A stretch of 64,000 nucleotides of DNA from contig NC_090404.1 of assembly GCF_036365525.1 (NCBI RefSeq), positions 4,650,001-4,714,000 on the forward strand. Reading direction: 5' to 3'. Shown here piece after piece: positions 40,479 to 52,701 of the stretch (the first letter of the stretch is position 1; each line of letters begins with the position of its first letter). A program made the translations under genes and the position numbers. This DNA is from Heterodontus francisci (lineage: Eukaryota). A model generated the notes under the pieces. The model was not told where the DNA came from. It saw only the letters and a list, made by a program, of their open reading frames with translations, and did no database searches.

Positions 40479-42169
40479 CTAGGAAAGAATGGCAAATTGA
40501 ACAAGTTAGACTGTGATTCATGCTTATTAAGTAACCAGACATCTCGCAATTCGACTCCAGCTGGAAACTGATTCCAATATTTTCCGATTAAAACCTTCAT
40601 CCGCATTTGAGCTGCGATCAGTTACATCATTTGGTGTTCATCACCTGTCGGTCCCCTGGTCAGGAACACACCTCTCTTTCAGGACCTGTCACATTACAAA
40701 AGTAAGAGCCTTTTGAAGTTATCTGAATGAGGTATTTTTCATTGGATTAAACTGAAAGAGGAGTTTCCCCACTTTGTTCGGCCAATATTTATTTCTAAAT
40801 CAACAACACTTGGTCAAAAAACATGCGGCATTTAGTTTTTGGAAATTTCTTCTCTGCAAATTGACTGCTGGGTTTCTCCGCACCTCCACCTCCTCCCAGC
40901 AACCCTCCCCACCACCAGCAGACCACCCCGCCCCCCCAACTCCCACTCCCCCTCCAAAAATATAGCAACTACTCTGAAAAAGTGCCATTGGAATGCGTGC
41001 TTGTAAAATGAACTTAATACTGTAAACTTGAATACAAGGCAAATTCATACCATTACTTTCCCATAAAAACCTACAATACATCTGAGCATGCTTATGACCC
41101 TGGGTGATAAATTCATAGACATGATAGCTGAGAAGAAGGCCATTCGGTCCATCAGGCCTGTGAAAGATCACTCCAGCGATCCCGCTGACCTTCCAATTCC
41201 TAATCTTTTCAAAATTTAATTTTATCCAGCTATTTTAGATTCTGTTTACAGCCCTCTTTCTGATAGGACATTCCAGATCCTAACAACCCCCTGTGTAGAA
41301 AAGTAGATTCATACACTCTTCCTTCATTCTTTTGACGCTGATTTTAAATCAGTGTCCTCTACAGACCAACTCACTGATCTGGGCAAATTGGTATCTGAAT
41401 TTCTGTATAAAACATTCATTATTCAAAACACCTCACCAGACTTCATTTTAATCTTCTATGTTCCTATAATAGTGAAGAACTTTTACAATAAATAGTTGAA
41501 GTCTACTTTAAAATATGGACTGAATCATTTCGTACACAGATTTCAGAGGGGAATTTTTACACAGCCTAGTTTCTGGAATTAAAATTTTTAATGACTCGGC
41601 AATGACTCTAAGCTATCACTTTCCTTTTCAGTACTTGAAGATTGTGACTTCTGTTCGATATTATTCGACTGAATGGATTCTCTGGAGTTTGCTTCTCCCT
41701 CCAACTCAAATAATAAACCGAATTAGATCCGATTCGTAAAAATCGGTCATTTGGACTGATGCACTTTAAACGGTCCATTTAACTTTCCAAAGTATCTTCC
41801 CACCCCTCACCAGTGAGAACTGGTGTTGCTGACTGTGTCGTTACAGACACATCTTCTTGCTGCTTGCACCGACCATAATGTGAACATCAGGACTATTCTA
41901 CAAATATTCTACAAATATCTGATATTGTCATTACTTAAACATTATAAATCGAGTGAATATCAGTCGGTTCCATGGAAGGAAGGACAAAAGTTCCTGAAGT
42001 GTTATTGCTGACATGGTCAACTCTCACTTCTGATTTGTGCGGATAATTCAAACACCTGAGGCCTATGGGTCAGATATTGGAAGCTCGCTCACCAATATGA
42101 TGTGAAAGAGGATGCTGGTTATGCTAGCGCAACAGTAGGACATATGGGCTTTCAAATGTCACGTAAGAG

Positions 42170-43230
42170 AACATTCGGAAAATGGAAGCGCATGGATTAA
42201 AGGGGTCTTAGTAACCTGTTCAGGTATAGGAAACAGAGAGTGACGGTGAACCAATGATTTTCTGACTGGAGAGAATTAAGCATTGTGATCCCCCCTTGCG
42301 TTGGTCATAGGGTCATTATTATTTTTGTTAAATATAATGACGTGGTATTGGGTATGGGGCGTAGAATTTCGAAGGTCAAAGACGATACTAAACAAATAGT
42401 GAGCAGGATAGTATCAGAGTTCAGAAGGACATGGGCAGGTGAAATGTTCAGAGACAGAGCAAATACAATTTCATGCGGTTAAATGTGAAGTGCTGGAACT
42501 TTTGAGGGACAACACGGAAAATTAATGCAATCTAAATGGTTGGATATTCAAGGGGTAGAAATGTAGAGGGACCAGAGTTGCATTTTCACAATGTTTTTTT
42601 TCAAGGTCGTTAAGAAAGCGAATGGAATACTTGGTCTTGTAAAATGGAGTACGAATTACAAAAAAACAGGAAGTCATATTAAAGTATTACTAATCACTAA
42701 TTAGGCTGGAGTATTTTTGCACAATTCTGGCCGTCACACTTTCGAAAGGATGTCAAGGCTTTGTGGGGAGTGTCGAGGGAGTTTACCAGACTGATGCCAG
42801 GAATGAGGGAGTTCAGTTATATAGAGTTATTATACGAGATAATTGTTCTCATTAGGCGGTTACCGATTAGTTATGTTCAAAATTATGGGTTGTTTTGATA
42901 GAGCAGATAAGGAAAAACTATTTCCTCTGAAAAGTGGGTCAGTAACAAAATAATTAATTGTCAAAAACGAGCGTGGGCGGGTGGTGGCTGCGGAAAGTGG
43001 TTTCTTTCCTGACAGAGGGGGCTTTTCACAGATGCATCGAACGATTACACCACAAAAGGAGGCCATTCAGCCCGTCGTGTCTGTGCAGCTTCTCTGCAGG
43101 TGCAACCGGACATATCCTTGAAGAACATTAATTTGCGTGGCTATGAGGGAAAAACTGGCTTGTCAGATTAAATTGGAGAGCGCTTTGAGAGCTAACACAG
43201 GCATGACGGGCTGAATGGCCAAATTCTCTG
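42170..43230 (+). mobile_element. Highly decayed CR1 in the J-CH1 intron
   Basis: Colinear similarity to the RT/C-terminal CR1 copies elsewhere in the window. Confidence 0.65.
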
Positions 43231-43959
43231 CGAGAACTTTCCATCATTCTACCCGACTCAGTAGTATTAGTTATCCCCAATTTAATGGGACGAAAAGCTT
43301 CATAAATTTTAACATCTCTGTGACATATATTTTGTTGCTTTTTATAATGAAAGAGGGTTTTTAAAATAAGAGGTTCTGAGCGATTTTATTCAAATGAGTC
43401 AATCAGATACTGTCAGAGACTTAAAGCATATTGTGATTGACATTGATTGCAAGCTCACTGTTTCACTTCAAAAATTTCACAAGAGCTTACTTCAGCGGCT
43501 GTGTGCCCTCTGCTGTGACACAATCCAATAATTGCCTCTCACCAGAGTTTATCACTGACTGTCACCTTTTGAAAATACTTGAACTAAATAATGATTTCAA
43601 ACATGAGAATATCATGATGGTTATTCGGAGCGGGAGTCTCCACTATCTCCATTTAAAGTGCCAAAATAACGTCCAGTCTCCCATCAGATCAGAACAGGCG
43701 TTGGTCTCTGGAGCGTTACAATCACTTCCTGAAACTGTTTGTTCTGAAAGTGCACTCAAAATCAGGCCAATCTCATTCAATAATTATCTGAAACTTAATA
43801 TGTTTAAATATTATTAATTCATTAAAATATGGCCAAGAATTATTATTAAAATCAATTCATGTGCGTTGTTTCATCTGGACAATTGAATAATTTATATTCA
43901 TATATCTGGGTCGAGGACTCACAGCTTATGAGTTTGATGCACATTGAGATTCCTTGAAC

Positions 43960-44360
43960 ACTGTGGGGAAAACATTCTCAGATCAGGTACAGGACAGTTA
44001 AGCTGCAAAGTAAAGATCCATCTATACGGCAATATCATGAGTTGTAATCTCAGACATCGCAAGTGTTAAATTCCGTAGAAAGCTGCCTCTACACTACACT
44101 GTCACTCTGGGTCAGGTCCACCATCTGTTTAATATAAAATAAAAATTCCCTCTACGCTGTCCCATCAAATATATCCAGGACAGGTTCAATCCGGTTTAGA
44201 TACTGAGTAATTCCTCCCTCTACGCTGTCCCCATCAAGTAGTCCCAGGACAGTTACAATATAGATTAAATATACAGTAAAACTTTCTCCGCATTGCCGAA
44301 TCAATCACTCCCAAGGGAGGTACATTACTGATTACAAACTGACCAAATCTCCTTCTACAG
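43960..44360. repeat. ~70-bp minisatellite; inverted copy at 33040-33260
   Basis: Repeated CCCTCTACGCTGTCCCATCAA...CCAGGACAG...AGATAC.GAGTAA units. Confidence 0.7.
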
Positions 44361-47300
44361 TCCGTCTGTTGTGTCTCTGAACTGTTATTTCTGACTGCCA
44401 CAGACTGGAATTATGATCTCATTGCTGAGGCGCCTCATCAAACTTAAAGTCAAACTTTTAGGTTTCTCGGGGGTACAAGTTTCTTAATTAAATGGATCAA
44501 GTTGCACTCCTTGAAATGAAACGAACCAGTCTGTTTGCAACCTGCAGGGAGGATTCCTCGTCCTGACACAGTGAGCAGGCGCACAGCAACAGAACAGACA
44601 CAAACGGTGCAACAATCGGGCTGTCAGCAGTTAGATCTGTTCAATTGTCAATTTCAATGAAGCTGTTTGATTCTAGTTCATCAATTGTCAAATTGTGACC
44701 ACTCCAAATCTGTATACTCTTTGAAATTAAACTGATATTCATTTCAAAAACTCCCTTCGACCTCCAAATGTTTCTCCCTGTCTGTTTACAATCTTAAAAG
44801 CATGTTAGAAAGTTTCGCTTAAAATGAGTACATCAGAAGAATACACATTCAGGAAAATTAGATGTCCATAACCAGAACTCAGTGACAGAGTAAGAATTTA
44901 GAAAATCAGGAGATATGTATCTTGCAAACTGATTACCCACTGGTTTGACACAATTTCATAATTCAATTTTACAAAAAAAATTAGTTGAACCACTGCTCAA
45001 AGTTAATTCATTAAAATCTGCGGTGATACTTGATTGAGCTGAGAACAGCTGAGTAAGAAATGTATTGTTCTCTAAGTTATTGCCAGACATAATGAATTAA
45101 ACTCTCCGATTCTTGAGACTTTGCACTCATTGGAATCCTGGCAAGTATACTATTGAATTGTGGGAGGTCATTTATGTTTAGTGAATTAGCACTATTATAT
45201 TCTAAGCTAATATTCATGTTAGCTGATTTTATACTGCACTTATCATTTATAAATAAATAAAAATAAATAAATTATTTAATATTACTTCAAGACCAGTTTC
45301 TGCCTGGCACCTTGTGAATTAATGGAGTTTTAATTAAGTCATTATGACACTTTATCAGTATTAAATAATTAACGTCATATTAATAGATGAAAACCTTCAG
45401 ACAAATATATTACTTCATGCTGAAATCGAATCACAGTGCAATAATTTAAAATGAACAATAACTTCTAGTCCCGCCCTGCTTTCTCTCTACAAACTTGTAA
45501 ACTGCGCAGGTATCTGAATGCGTTGATATTTTATAAGCTCCTTCCATTCTCAGCGAGTATTTCACACAATGGATTTAGCCTGGCCGGGGTCACATGTCAC
45601 TAACTGGGCTGCAACATGGCCTGTTTGTGAAAGCAGCTCTCCCGTGTTTAAATATCGTTATAAATCTTAACTATATGAGATAAAATATCTAAAACATCCG
45701 GGCACTTTGCGATCAGTAACTATGCTGCCACTATTTAATCACACGATGTTTTTAGATTTTACTCCCGTAATTCACAAATTAATTGCAAAATATATTTTGA
45801 TTTTTATTGAAAGAAGTTCCAAAATGATCACTGCAAAACTGGACGAAAACAACTCTTTCAAATCATCTGTGACATTGAAACCTAATGAGCAAATGTAGCC
45901 GAGATTTGGCGGATCAATTTAATATTTATTAAGAATTAAGCATAACTCTCAGGTATAATCTGTTCTTTATCTATCATTCCATCCTGCGTGCAGCACAACT
46001 ATGGGAGACAGGATGTTGTTACTGAATTCAAAACTAACATTAAACTTTTGTAATTAATTGAATCTGCTTGAATTTCCAGGTGTTATTTGTTTGTCTTTAG
46101 CCTCACGCAGTCTGCAAGTTTCTTCAATTTAAATAAAATCATATGCACAATTCTTTGACTGCCATTGACCTCTTGTCCCAGGAAAATGGTTAATATTAAA
46201 TTAGTGATAATTATCTCACTATCCAACAACAAATGACATTGAAGAAAGAACATGGAAGAACATGAACTCAAAGAATGTAATAACCGGACAGATAGATTGC
46301 ACTGACAAACTGCAATTTACAACGCCTATTTAAGTTGTAAGTAAATACAAGCTGACATTCACCTGTTTTAATCAGGAATATCACAATTAATTTAAAAGCG
46401 CTCATTAACCTGAAAACAGCACTGGAATAAGTACACTCTTATTGAAATAATTTCAAGCACAATTAAAAATAGTCTCCAGTCATAAAGTTTTCCGGTCACG
46501 ACAATTGTGCGCTTGGCACACCAGAACTGTAAAAGACGATTCATGAATAATGAATCGATCTTAATATGAAAGCGTATTTGGTTTATATGAGGACATATTG
46601 CCGCATTATAATTGTTTGAATTGTATTAATTTTACTCTCCAATCTGCAAACCTGCTACTTATTAAGTTTGTAATTGCAGTAACATTTCACGGATTGAAGG
46701 AGCGTTACAAACCATGGCTTAACAGTTCAATCTGCAATTATCATTTAAATTTTTTTAAATGCCTTGAAATATCTTTTTTTTTATTTCTGAAATCTGCCTG
46801 TTATCCGGCTTTCGAATCGTCTTTGAAGCAGTTTCAAACAAATAGAATGTATCCATTTGATCAGAAAACCTGCAGCCGCTCGGTGTCACCCGGGTTCAAC
46901 AAAGCAGAAACGCCAAATAGTTTTACAAATTTTACTTTGTAACACAGAGACACACTCTCCTCAGCAGATAACCTCCAACTCACATCACTGAGGGGCTGAA
47001 TCCCACCTCAGTGCGTTTCAAGGCGAAGCAGCTTAATTCCACAATCACTTTCAGTAGAATCAAATGTAACATCCCAAAAAAAAATCTCAATACAGAATCC
47101 ACCGAGCCTGCCTGTCTCTGAATTACCAAATATATAAAATAATGGCAGCAGATTTGTTAGTACAGAGAGCATGTTTAATAAATTAATATTGATTCTGTAG
47201 CATATTTCATTGATATTGCCTGATATCACTGCATTATTAAAAGTGACGTTATATTAATGTAAATCTGGCCAAAGCTGCAAATTTGTTATTTATGTAATTC

Positions 47301-47833
47301 ATAATTACATCAAAATTTATTGTATTACATATGAGCATTCGTAAGCAGTAGATTGATAGATAGCAATTTAATTACCACAAATAAAAATAGATCAAAATAT
47401 CAGAAGGCTATTTTTGACCACTGAAGCTTTCTGCATAATTTTATTTCAAACATATTTAAAGACTTATTGTTTCTATTCGATCAGAAAACCTGCAGCAACT
47501 AGATGTCACCCAGATTAAACATTGCAGAAACGTCAAACGGTTTAAATACCAAACAGTTTGGTATTTAAAGTAGCCCAAACACTCAGTCTCATCAACAAAT
47601 AAACACCAAATCACATCAATCTGGAGCTGAATCCTTCAACAGTACCGTGTGTAAAGAAACCATTAAGTTCTTTAATCCCTTAGCAGCAGAATCACATAAA
47701 ACATTGCAACAAATTCGCAATATAGAATCCACCAAATCCACTTTTCAGTGAACGAATGTATCATGACAAAAAACAGAAATATAAAATTAAAAACACAAAT
47801 AAAACAGTTAATGAATAAATGTATGTTTCTTAC

Positions 47834-47881
47834 CTGCAGTCACCGTCACCATGGTCCCTTGTCCCCAGTACTCAAGATAGT
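47834..47881 (-). CDS. IGHJ: IgH J segment (YLEYWGQGTMVTVTA)
   Basis: WGQG motif, GTAAG donor; RSS at 47882-47920 (CACAGTG-23-ACAATAACC on +). Confidence 0.97.
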
Positions 47882-48246
47882 CACAGTGTTACATTCCCTG
47901 GGCTGGGTCACACAATAACCGGCTCTGCACAGAATAGTGAGAAATCCATTATTATTTTAAATATCCACACTCCAGAGGCAAAATAAAATCTTGATGGTTC
48001 TTTGTAAAATTATAACTGCGTTAATAATTCTTTTCACTCTTTATAAATTTCCCTGATGTTTTATATTTCACACAGTAACATATCAGCAATTATTGAAATC
48101 ACTAACTGATGAATGAATAATTAATCCATTTATCCATAATAAACCGTGCTAGGAGGACAGTGCTGGACACAAATAGTACTTCACTGTATATATAGTTGGA
48201 TTGTTAAAGCGAGCACTGACCCAGACTCATCAATTAGTGCTGAGGG

Positions 48247-48315
48247 AGTTTTTGTATTGACAGTAACTGCTGTGCCACCCAGTATAGCACAGTGAGACAA
48301 ACCGTGTCAAATACT
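48247..48315 (-). other. IGHD: IgH D2 segment (CTATACTGGGTGG, 48275-48287) with 12/12 RSS
   Basis: On +: AGTTTTTGT-12-TGCTGTG [D] CACAGTG-12-TCAAATACT. Confidence 0.95.
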
Positions 48316-48626
48316 GTGGCGGACTGTTAACTGTAAAATACAGAGTTTACATTTCACAGCGATCTCAAAAACATGATTGCGATCCCCCTAAGAGGACATC
48401 AGTGAGAAAGTTCAGTTTATACCAGTCATTATATTTATAAAGAGATCGGAATATTTCTGAACCATCTGTGCTGATTTAGCGTGACAGTCAATATTAATAA
48501 AGCAGGAGACTTCTATACAATTTTACAAATCTATATTGTATTTCCCCAATTTTATATTTAATCCTCATTGTTTACGGACCATCTGCTGCGTTAGTGATCG
48601 CTGGTTTGAGCAAACTCCCTGTCTGG

Positions 48627-48707
48627 GGTTTTTGTATGAAGAACTCGCTCTGTACAGCACCGTGACCCACTGTAGTACCCACAGTGACACTAACCTGCAC
48701 AAATACT
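48627..48707 (-). other. IGHD: IgH D1 segment (GGTACTACAGTGGGT, 48665-48679) with 5' 12-RSS and 3' 22-RSS
   Basis: On +: GGTTTTTGT-22-CACCGTG [D] CACAGTG-12-ACAAATACT. Confidence 0.95.
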
Positions 48708-49097
48708 GCACTCACTGTCTGTTCAGTACTGCCTCCCAATATTCACTTCAAATAAAAATTCACTTCTGATCTAATTCAGAATATATCCAAATGTTTACAC
48801 CATGCAGTAGGAATTGAACCCAGCTCCAAGTAACTCCCTCCAGATATCAGTCACATTAAAACTAGCATCTTATCCAGATTTGCAATTGCTGATACTATTA
48901 ATATTAAAAATCAGCACAGCCAAAATTACTCATCAGTACTTCGGTTCGTGTCTTAGATTTATACCATTGAATTTTCACTGTGCTACTTGTGTGAGAGACG
49001 GTCTATGGCCTGGTTCTGAACTCTGCCGTTAACATTGTATTTAATAAAATTACTGACCGTCAGTTTATGATGGAAGTTATCGAATTCTCTCTCCATA

Positions 49098-49136
49098 TGT
49101 TCTTGTACATGTCCAGCCCTGGTTCCTCTCACTGTG
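49098..49136 (-). promoter_or_regulatory. VH 3' recombination signal (23-RSS)
   Basis: CACAGTG + 23 nt + ACAAGAACA. Confidence 0.95.
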
Positions 49137-49441
49137 GTCTGTTGCACAGTAATATATAGCGGTGTCTTCAGTCTTCAGGCTCTTCATGTCCAAAGCGAAA
49201 ATGTTTTTTGAAGTGTCTTTGGACGCAGTAAATCGATCTTTAATCCCTGGGGCGTAGTAGTTGCTGGATGAACTAGCATAGCTAACCAGCCACTCCAGCC
49301 CCTGTCCGGGAACCTGCCGGACCCAGCTCATCCAGGTGCTGCCAAGAGTGAACCCGCTGGTTTTACAGGTCAGTCTCAGGGAGCCTCCGGGTTTCCCGGT
49401 CTCTGCCTCTGGCTGAGTCAACACGATATCCGAATGGACAC
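49137..49441 (-). CDS. IGHV: IgM heavy-chain V exon, intact and unrearranged
   Basis: TTTTACAG acceptor; [25 protein letters not shown]...[12 protein letters not shown]...[11 protein letters not shown]; both Cys and the Trp present, no stops. Confidence 0.98.
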
Positions 49442-49566
49442 CTGTAAAAAATATCAAAAACCCCGAGAATTAATCCTGGTGAAATGATTCCTGACTCTGT
49501 AATATTTCAGAGAAAGACTATCACTGATCCAATTAGTGAGAGACTCGGATAGTAAAAACTACTCAC

Positions 49567-49612
49567 GGGATAAGAAAACCAGCAACAGACTGAGAGAAAT
49601 CGCCAACCTCAT
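49567..49612 (-). CDS. IGHV: IgM VH leader exon (MRLAISLSLLLVFLS)
   Basis: ATG at 49612, hydrophobic 15-codon signal peptide plus 1 nt, then GTGAGT donor; 46 nt, phase 1. Confidence 0.95.
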
Positions 49613-49689
49613 CCTTCTGGCAATTCGGGGAAAATGGTTCTGACAAGAACTCACTGAGCAAACTGGCTCCCGCACTGTTGTATTGCGGT

Positions 49690-49830
49690 CCCAGTGACCT
49701 GCATTTAAGTACCCGGCAGAAGGGGGCGAGGTTACAGGCGCCGCCTATAGATTCCCTTATGGAGGCGGTAACTGGATCCACGTCCCACCTTCCACATCAT
49801 CAACAGAATGGACTCATATCATTACACTGA
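49690..49830 (-). promoter_or_regulatory. VH promoter region
   Basis: TTAAAT TATA-like element about 95 nt upstream of the ATG; no ATGCAAAT octamer seen nearby, as known for shark VH promoters. Confidence 0.55.
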
Positions 49831-51383
49831 GTTATTATTAAATGCGAACTTTTTATCTGTATCCAGGGATAGTCAATCGGCTGTGTGGTTTCAATGCAAT
49901 GTGTTACTTGGTACTAAATGGAACTGTTGCAGTGAAGAATGTGTCAGTAATAAACAATTGCATTGTGGACTGTGAATTAAATTCCTTTATTTCCTCAACT
50001 CATCACAGGGGATGTGAATCACTAAGATTAAATTACGTTACCAAGGTCAAAAGTTACTGATAGTATGTATCAATTCATCTCCCGTTATCTATCCCCTCGA
50101 TCAATACCAGTGAAGTATCCCCAATAATTTGAATTGTTATCAAGTTATGCAATTAAATGCGGGACATGAGTAAAGTGATTCTATTTTCAATTTGACTGGC
50201 TGTAGTTATACGATTTAGGATCAGAATGAATAGAAACGCCTCGTATTATACAAGTCTCTCTCTCTGTCTGCATTTCTCGAGCTGCTCCTCACCATGACTC
50301 GACGCCATTCCTTTAAAAATTACCAAATACAGAAGTCCGCTTGCCTTGTCACGTAAAATTCATATCAGCTTTTGAAAAAGAGAATCTAGTGAATCAGAAT
50401 CAATACGGTGATCAGGAAATCTATCCCTGATACCCAGATTATTGCAGCTAACATTAATAACTGACTGGTATCAGGAACACAGTACATCAGGACTTAAAGC
50501 TTTGCTGCAAAATATCACAATTATTTGTTGTGGAAACGGATCACAAACTGGGCATTTCTCTAACCACTGATATCTCCACTGAGAGGGATGGATATGCAAT
50601 CCAAATTATCAGACATTAAACTGTCCGCAGCTGTTATCAGTAATGAAAGAGACTTTATCGTTTGAATGTGATACACAGCTCTGTGAGAAAATTCATGGAA
50701 ATGCAGCGGGTTCAGAGCAATTCCACCTATTTCATTATTTACTTGACGATTCCCAATTTTCTATTTCCGATGTGGATGTGAGGGTCATTAAAATCTCTCT
50801 CTACAACTTCATGTAGTAGAAATAAATGGTTTTAATGATTCAGAATACTATTGAATTGTCACATGTCAATTTATTATTTTGCGCTCCCAGTTTATAATGA
50901 TATGAGCAGTGAGTTTACCGAAAATCATCCTTTAGACGTGATACCGTGAAATGATTTATTTTTTGTAAGAGCGCTGCAGAATAGTTAATATTTAAATGGT
51001 TAAATGCCACCTTTGTCCATTCATATTCACACTAATCTGCCCCACACAGTATTTGGCACCAACCCAGCCGACTGTCATCAGGGAGACTCAAACAGCAATG
51101 TCATTTACAGGAAGCATCTGGGGTTCTGTGCAGTAAATCAAAGATCTGTTTCCTCATTACTGACCGCTTGGCTACAAACCAACTTCAAACCCTTACCATT
51201 GTCAATGAGGCCTATTGATAAACAAATCTGCCCAGCAACAATACTGGAGTTAATTTTATTTTTTTCAGTTGCTTGCCGAGGTGAACTGTTCCCATCTCTC
51301 AGCAAAGGAAATATATCCACTGTCTCAGACACCCTTTTAGGACCAACAGTCTGAGGAACTGTGCAGCATATCATAACATTGTA

Positions 51384-51463
<80 letters not shown>

Positions 51464-51470
51464 TTAGTTA
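51384..51470. repeat. (TAGA)n microsatellite
   Basis: About 19 perfect units. Confidence 0.97.
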
Positions 51471-52469
51471 GTGTGGGCCTCAGAGAGAAAATACATTCTG
51501 TAATTGATAAATATGATTGTTTGCGTTGATGGAGACATAGCTGCAACGATGCAGGGATGACTAGCTAGTTGGATGGCTGAATGAAAGCAAAATACTGCTG
51601 ATGCTGAAAATCTGACATCAAAGTGAAAAGTGTTGGACATACTCAGCAGGTCCGGCAGCAACTGTGGAGAAAGAAACAGAGTTAACGTTTAACGTTTGTG
51701 CAGTAGGCGACACAGTGGCACAGTGGTTAGCACTGCAGCCTCACAATTCCAGTGACCTGGATTCGGGTACTGCCTGTGTGGAGTTCTCCTTGTGACCGCG
51801 TGGGCTTCTGCCGGGTACTCTGGTTGCTTCCCACAGCCAAAGGCTTGCAGGTCGATGGGTAAATTGGCTATTGTAAATTACTCCTAATGTGGGTATGTGG
51901 TAGGGAATATGGGATTAACATAGGATTAGTATAAATGGGTGGTTGTTGGTTGGCACAGACTCGGTGGGCCGAAGGGCCGGTTTCAGTGCTGTTTGCTTCT
52001 CCAAAAACTTTCATCAGAACTGGCAAAGGTTAGACATGTAATAGGCTGTGTGAAAGTGGTGGAGTTGGTGAGGAATAGAATAAAAGGGAAGGTTTGGCAC
52101 AGAGCAGAAGAGATTTCCTGAATGTCTAAACGTTTTGTTTCACGTACTGATGAACAGATTGATGGATGTGTGGAATGAACTGATGGACAGATAGATAGAT
52201 GGGCCTGAAAGATGCTGTTCTACAACCACATCTTTGTGATTGACGATTCTTAACAGGAAGCCGCCTCTTTATTTCATTTACATTACTTTGACACCTTCCA
52301 GTTCTACCTGATTTTCTGGATCATTTCAATCCCTTGGATATCCAGAAGTAACGAGATCAATTCACAAAGAGAAGCCTGGCGATATCCCTGCGGTATCTGG
52401 ACTAATGGGGCACATTTATCACAAAGATATAAAGGGAGAATATGACTGGGTTATGAAGGGACGATTGTA

Positions 52470-52701
52470 ATATTTCTGAACATGTGGTCCTTTCATGTAC
52501 ATCAAAGCACTCAACTCGAATTACTTCAAACACATCAGCAATATAGAAAATCATTGGATACATTTTTCACTTCCCTCTGTAAATACTTATTCCTCTGTTA
52601 TACTGGTCCAGTCAAACCATTCTAAAGAACACAGATAAAAGGAGAATAAACTGTAACTTTCTTTACCGCCATATATTCATTGTAAGTCTTTGGCCACAGT
52701 G
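52470..52701 (+). pseudogene. Possible V remnant upstream of the VH
   Basis: EHVVLSCT...; ACCGCCATATAT-TCATTGT (TAIY-x-C, like TAIYYC) followed by a perfect CACAGTG at 52695. Confidence 0.35.

Noticed and set aside
40480-47833. Class-switch region
   Set aside because: AT-rich intron with no AGCT/G-rich tandem repeats; the ~70-bp minisatellite also occurs elsewhere.
51004-51374. GKGLKLVC...FTA...FL*MT VH-like snippets on the minus strand
   Set aside because: No conserved Cys/Trp spacing or RSS.
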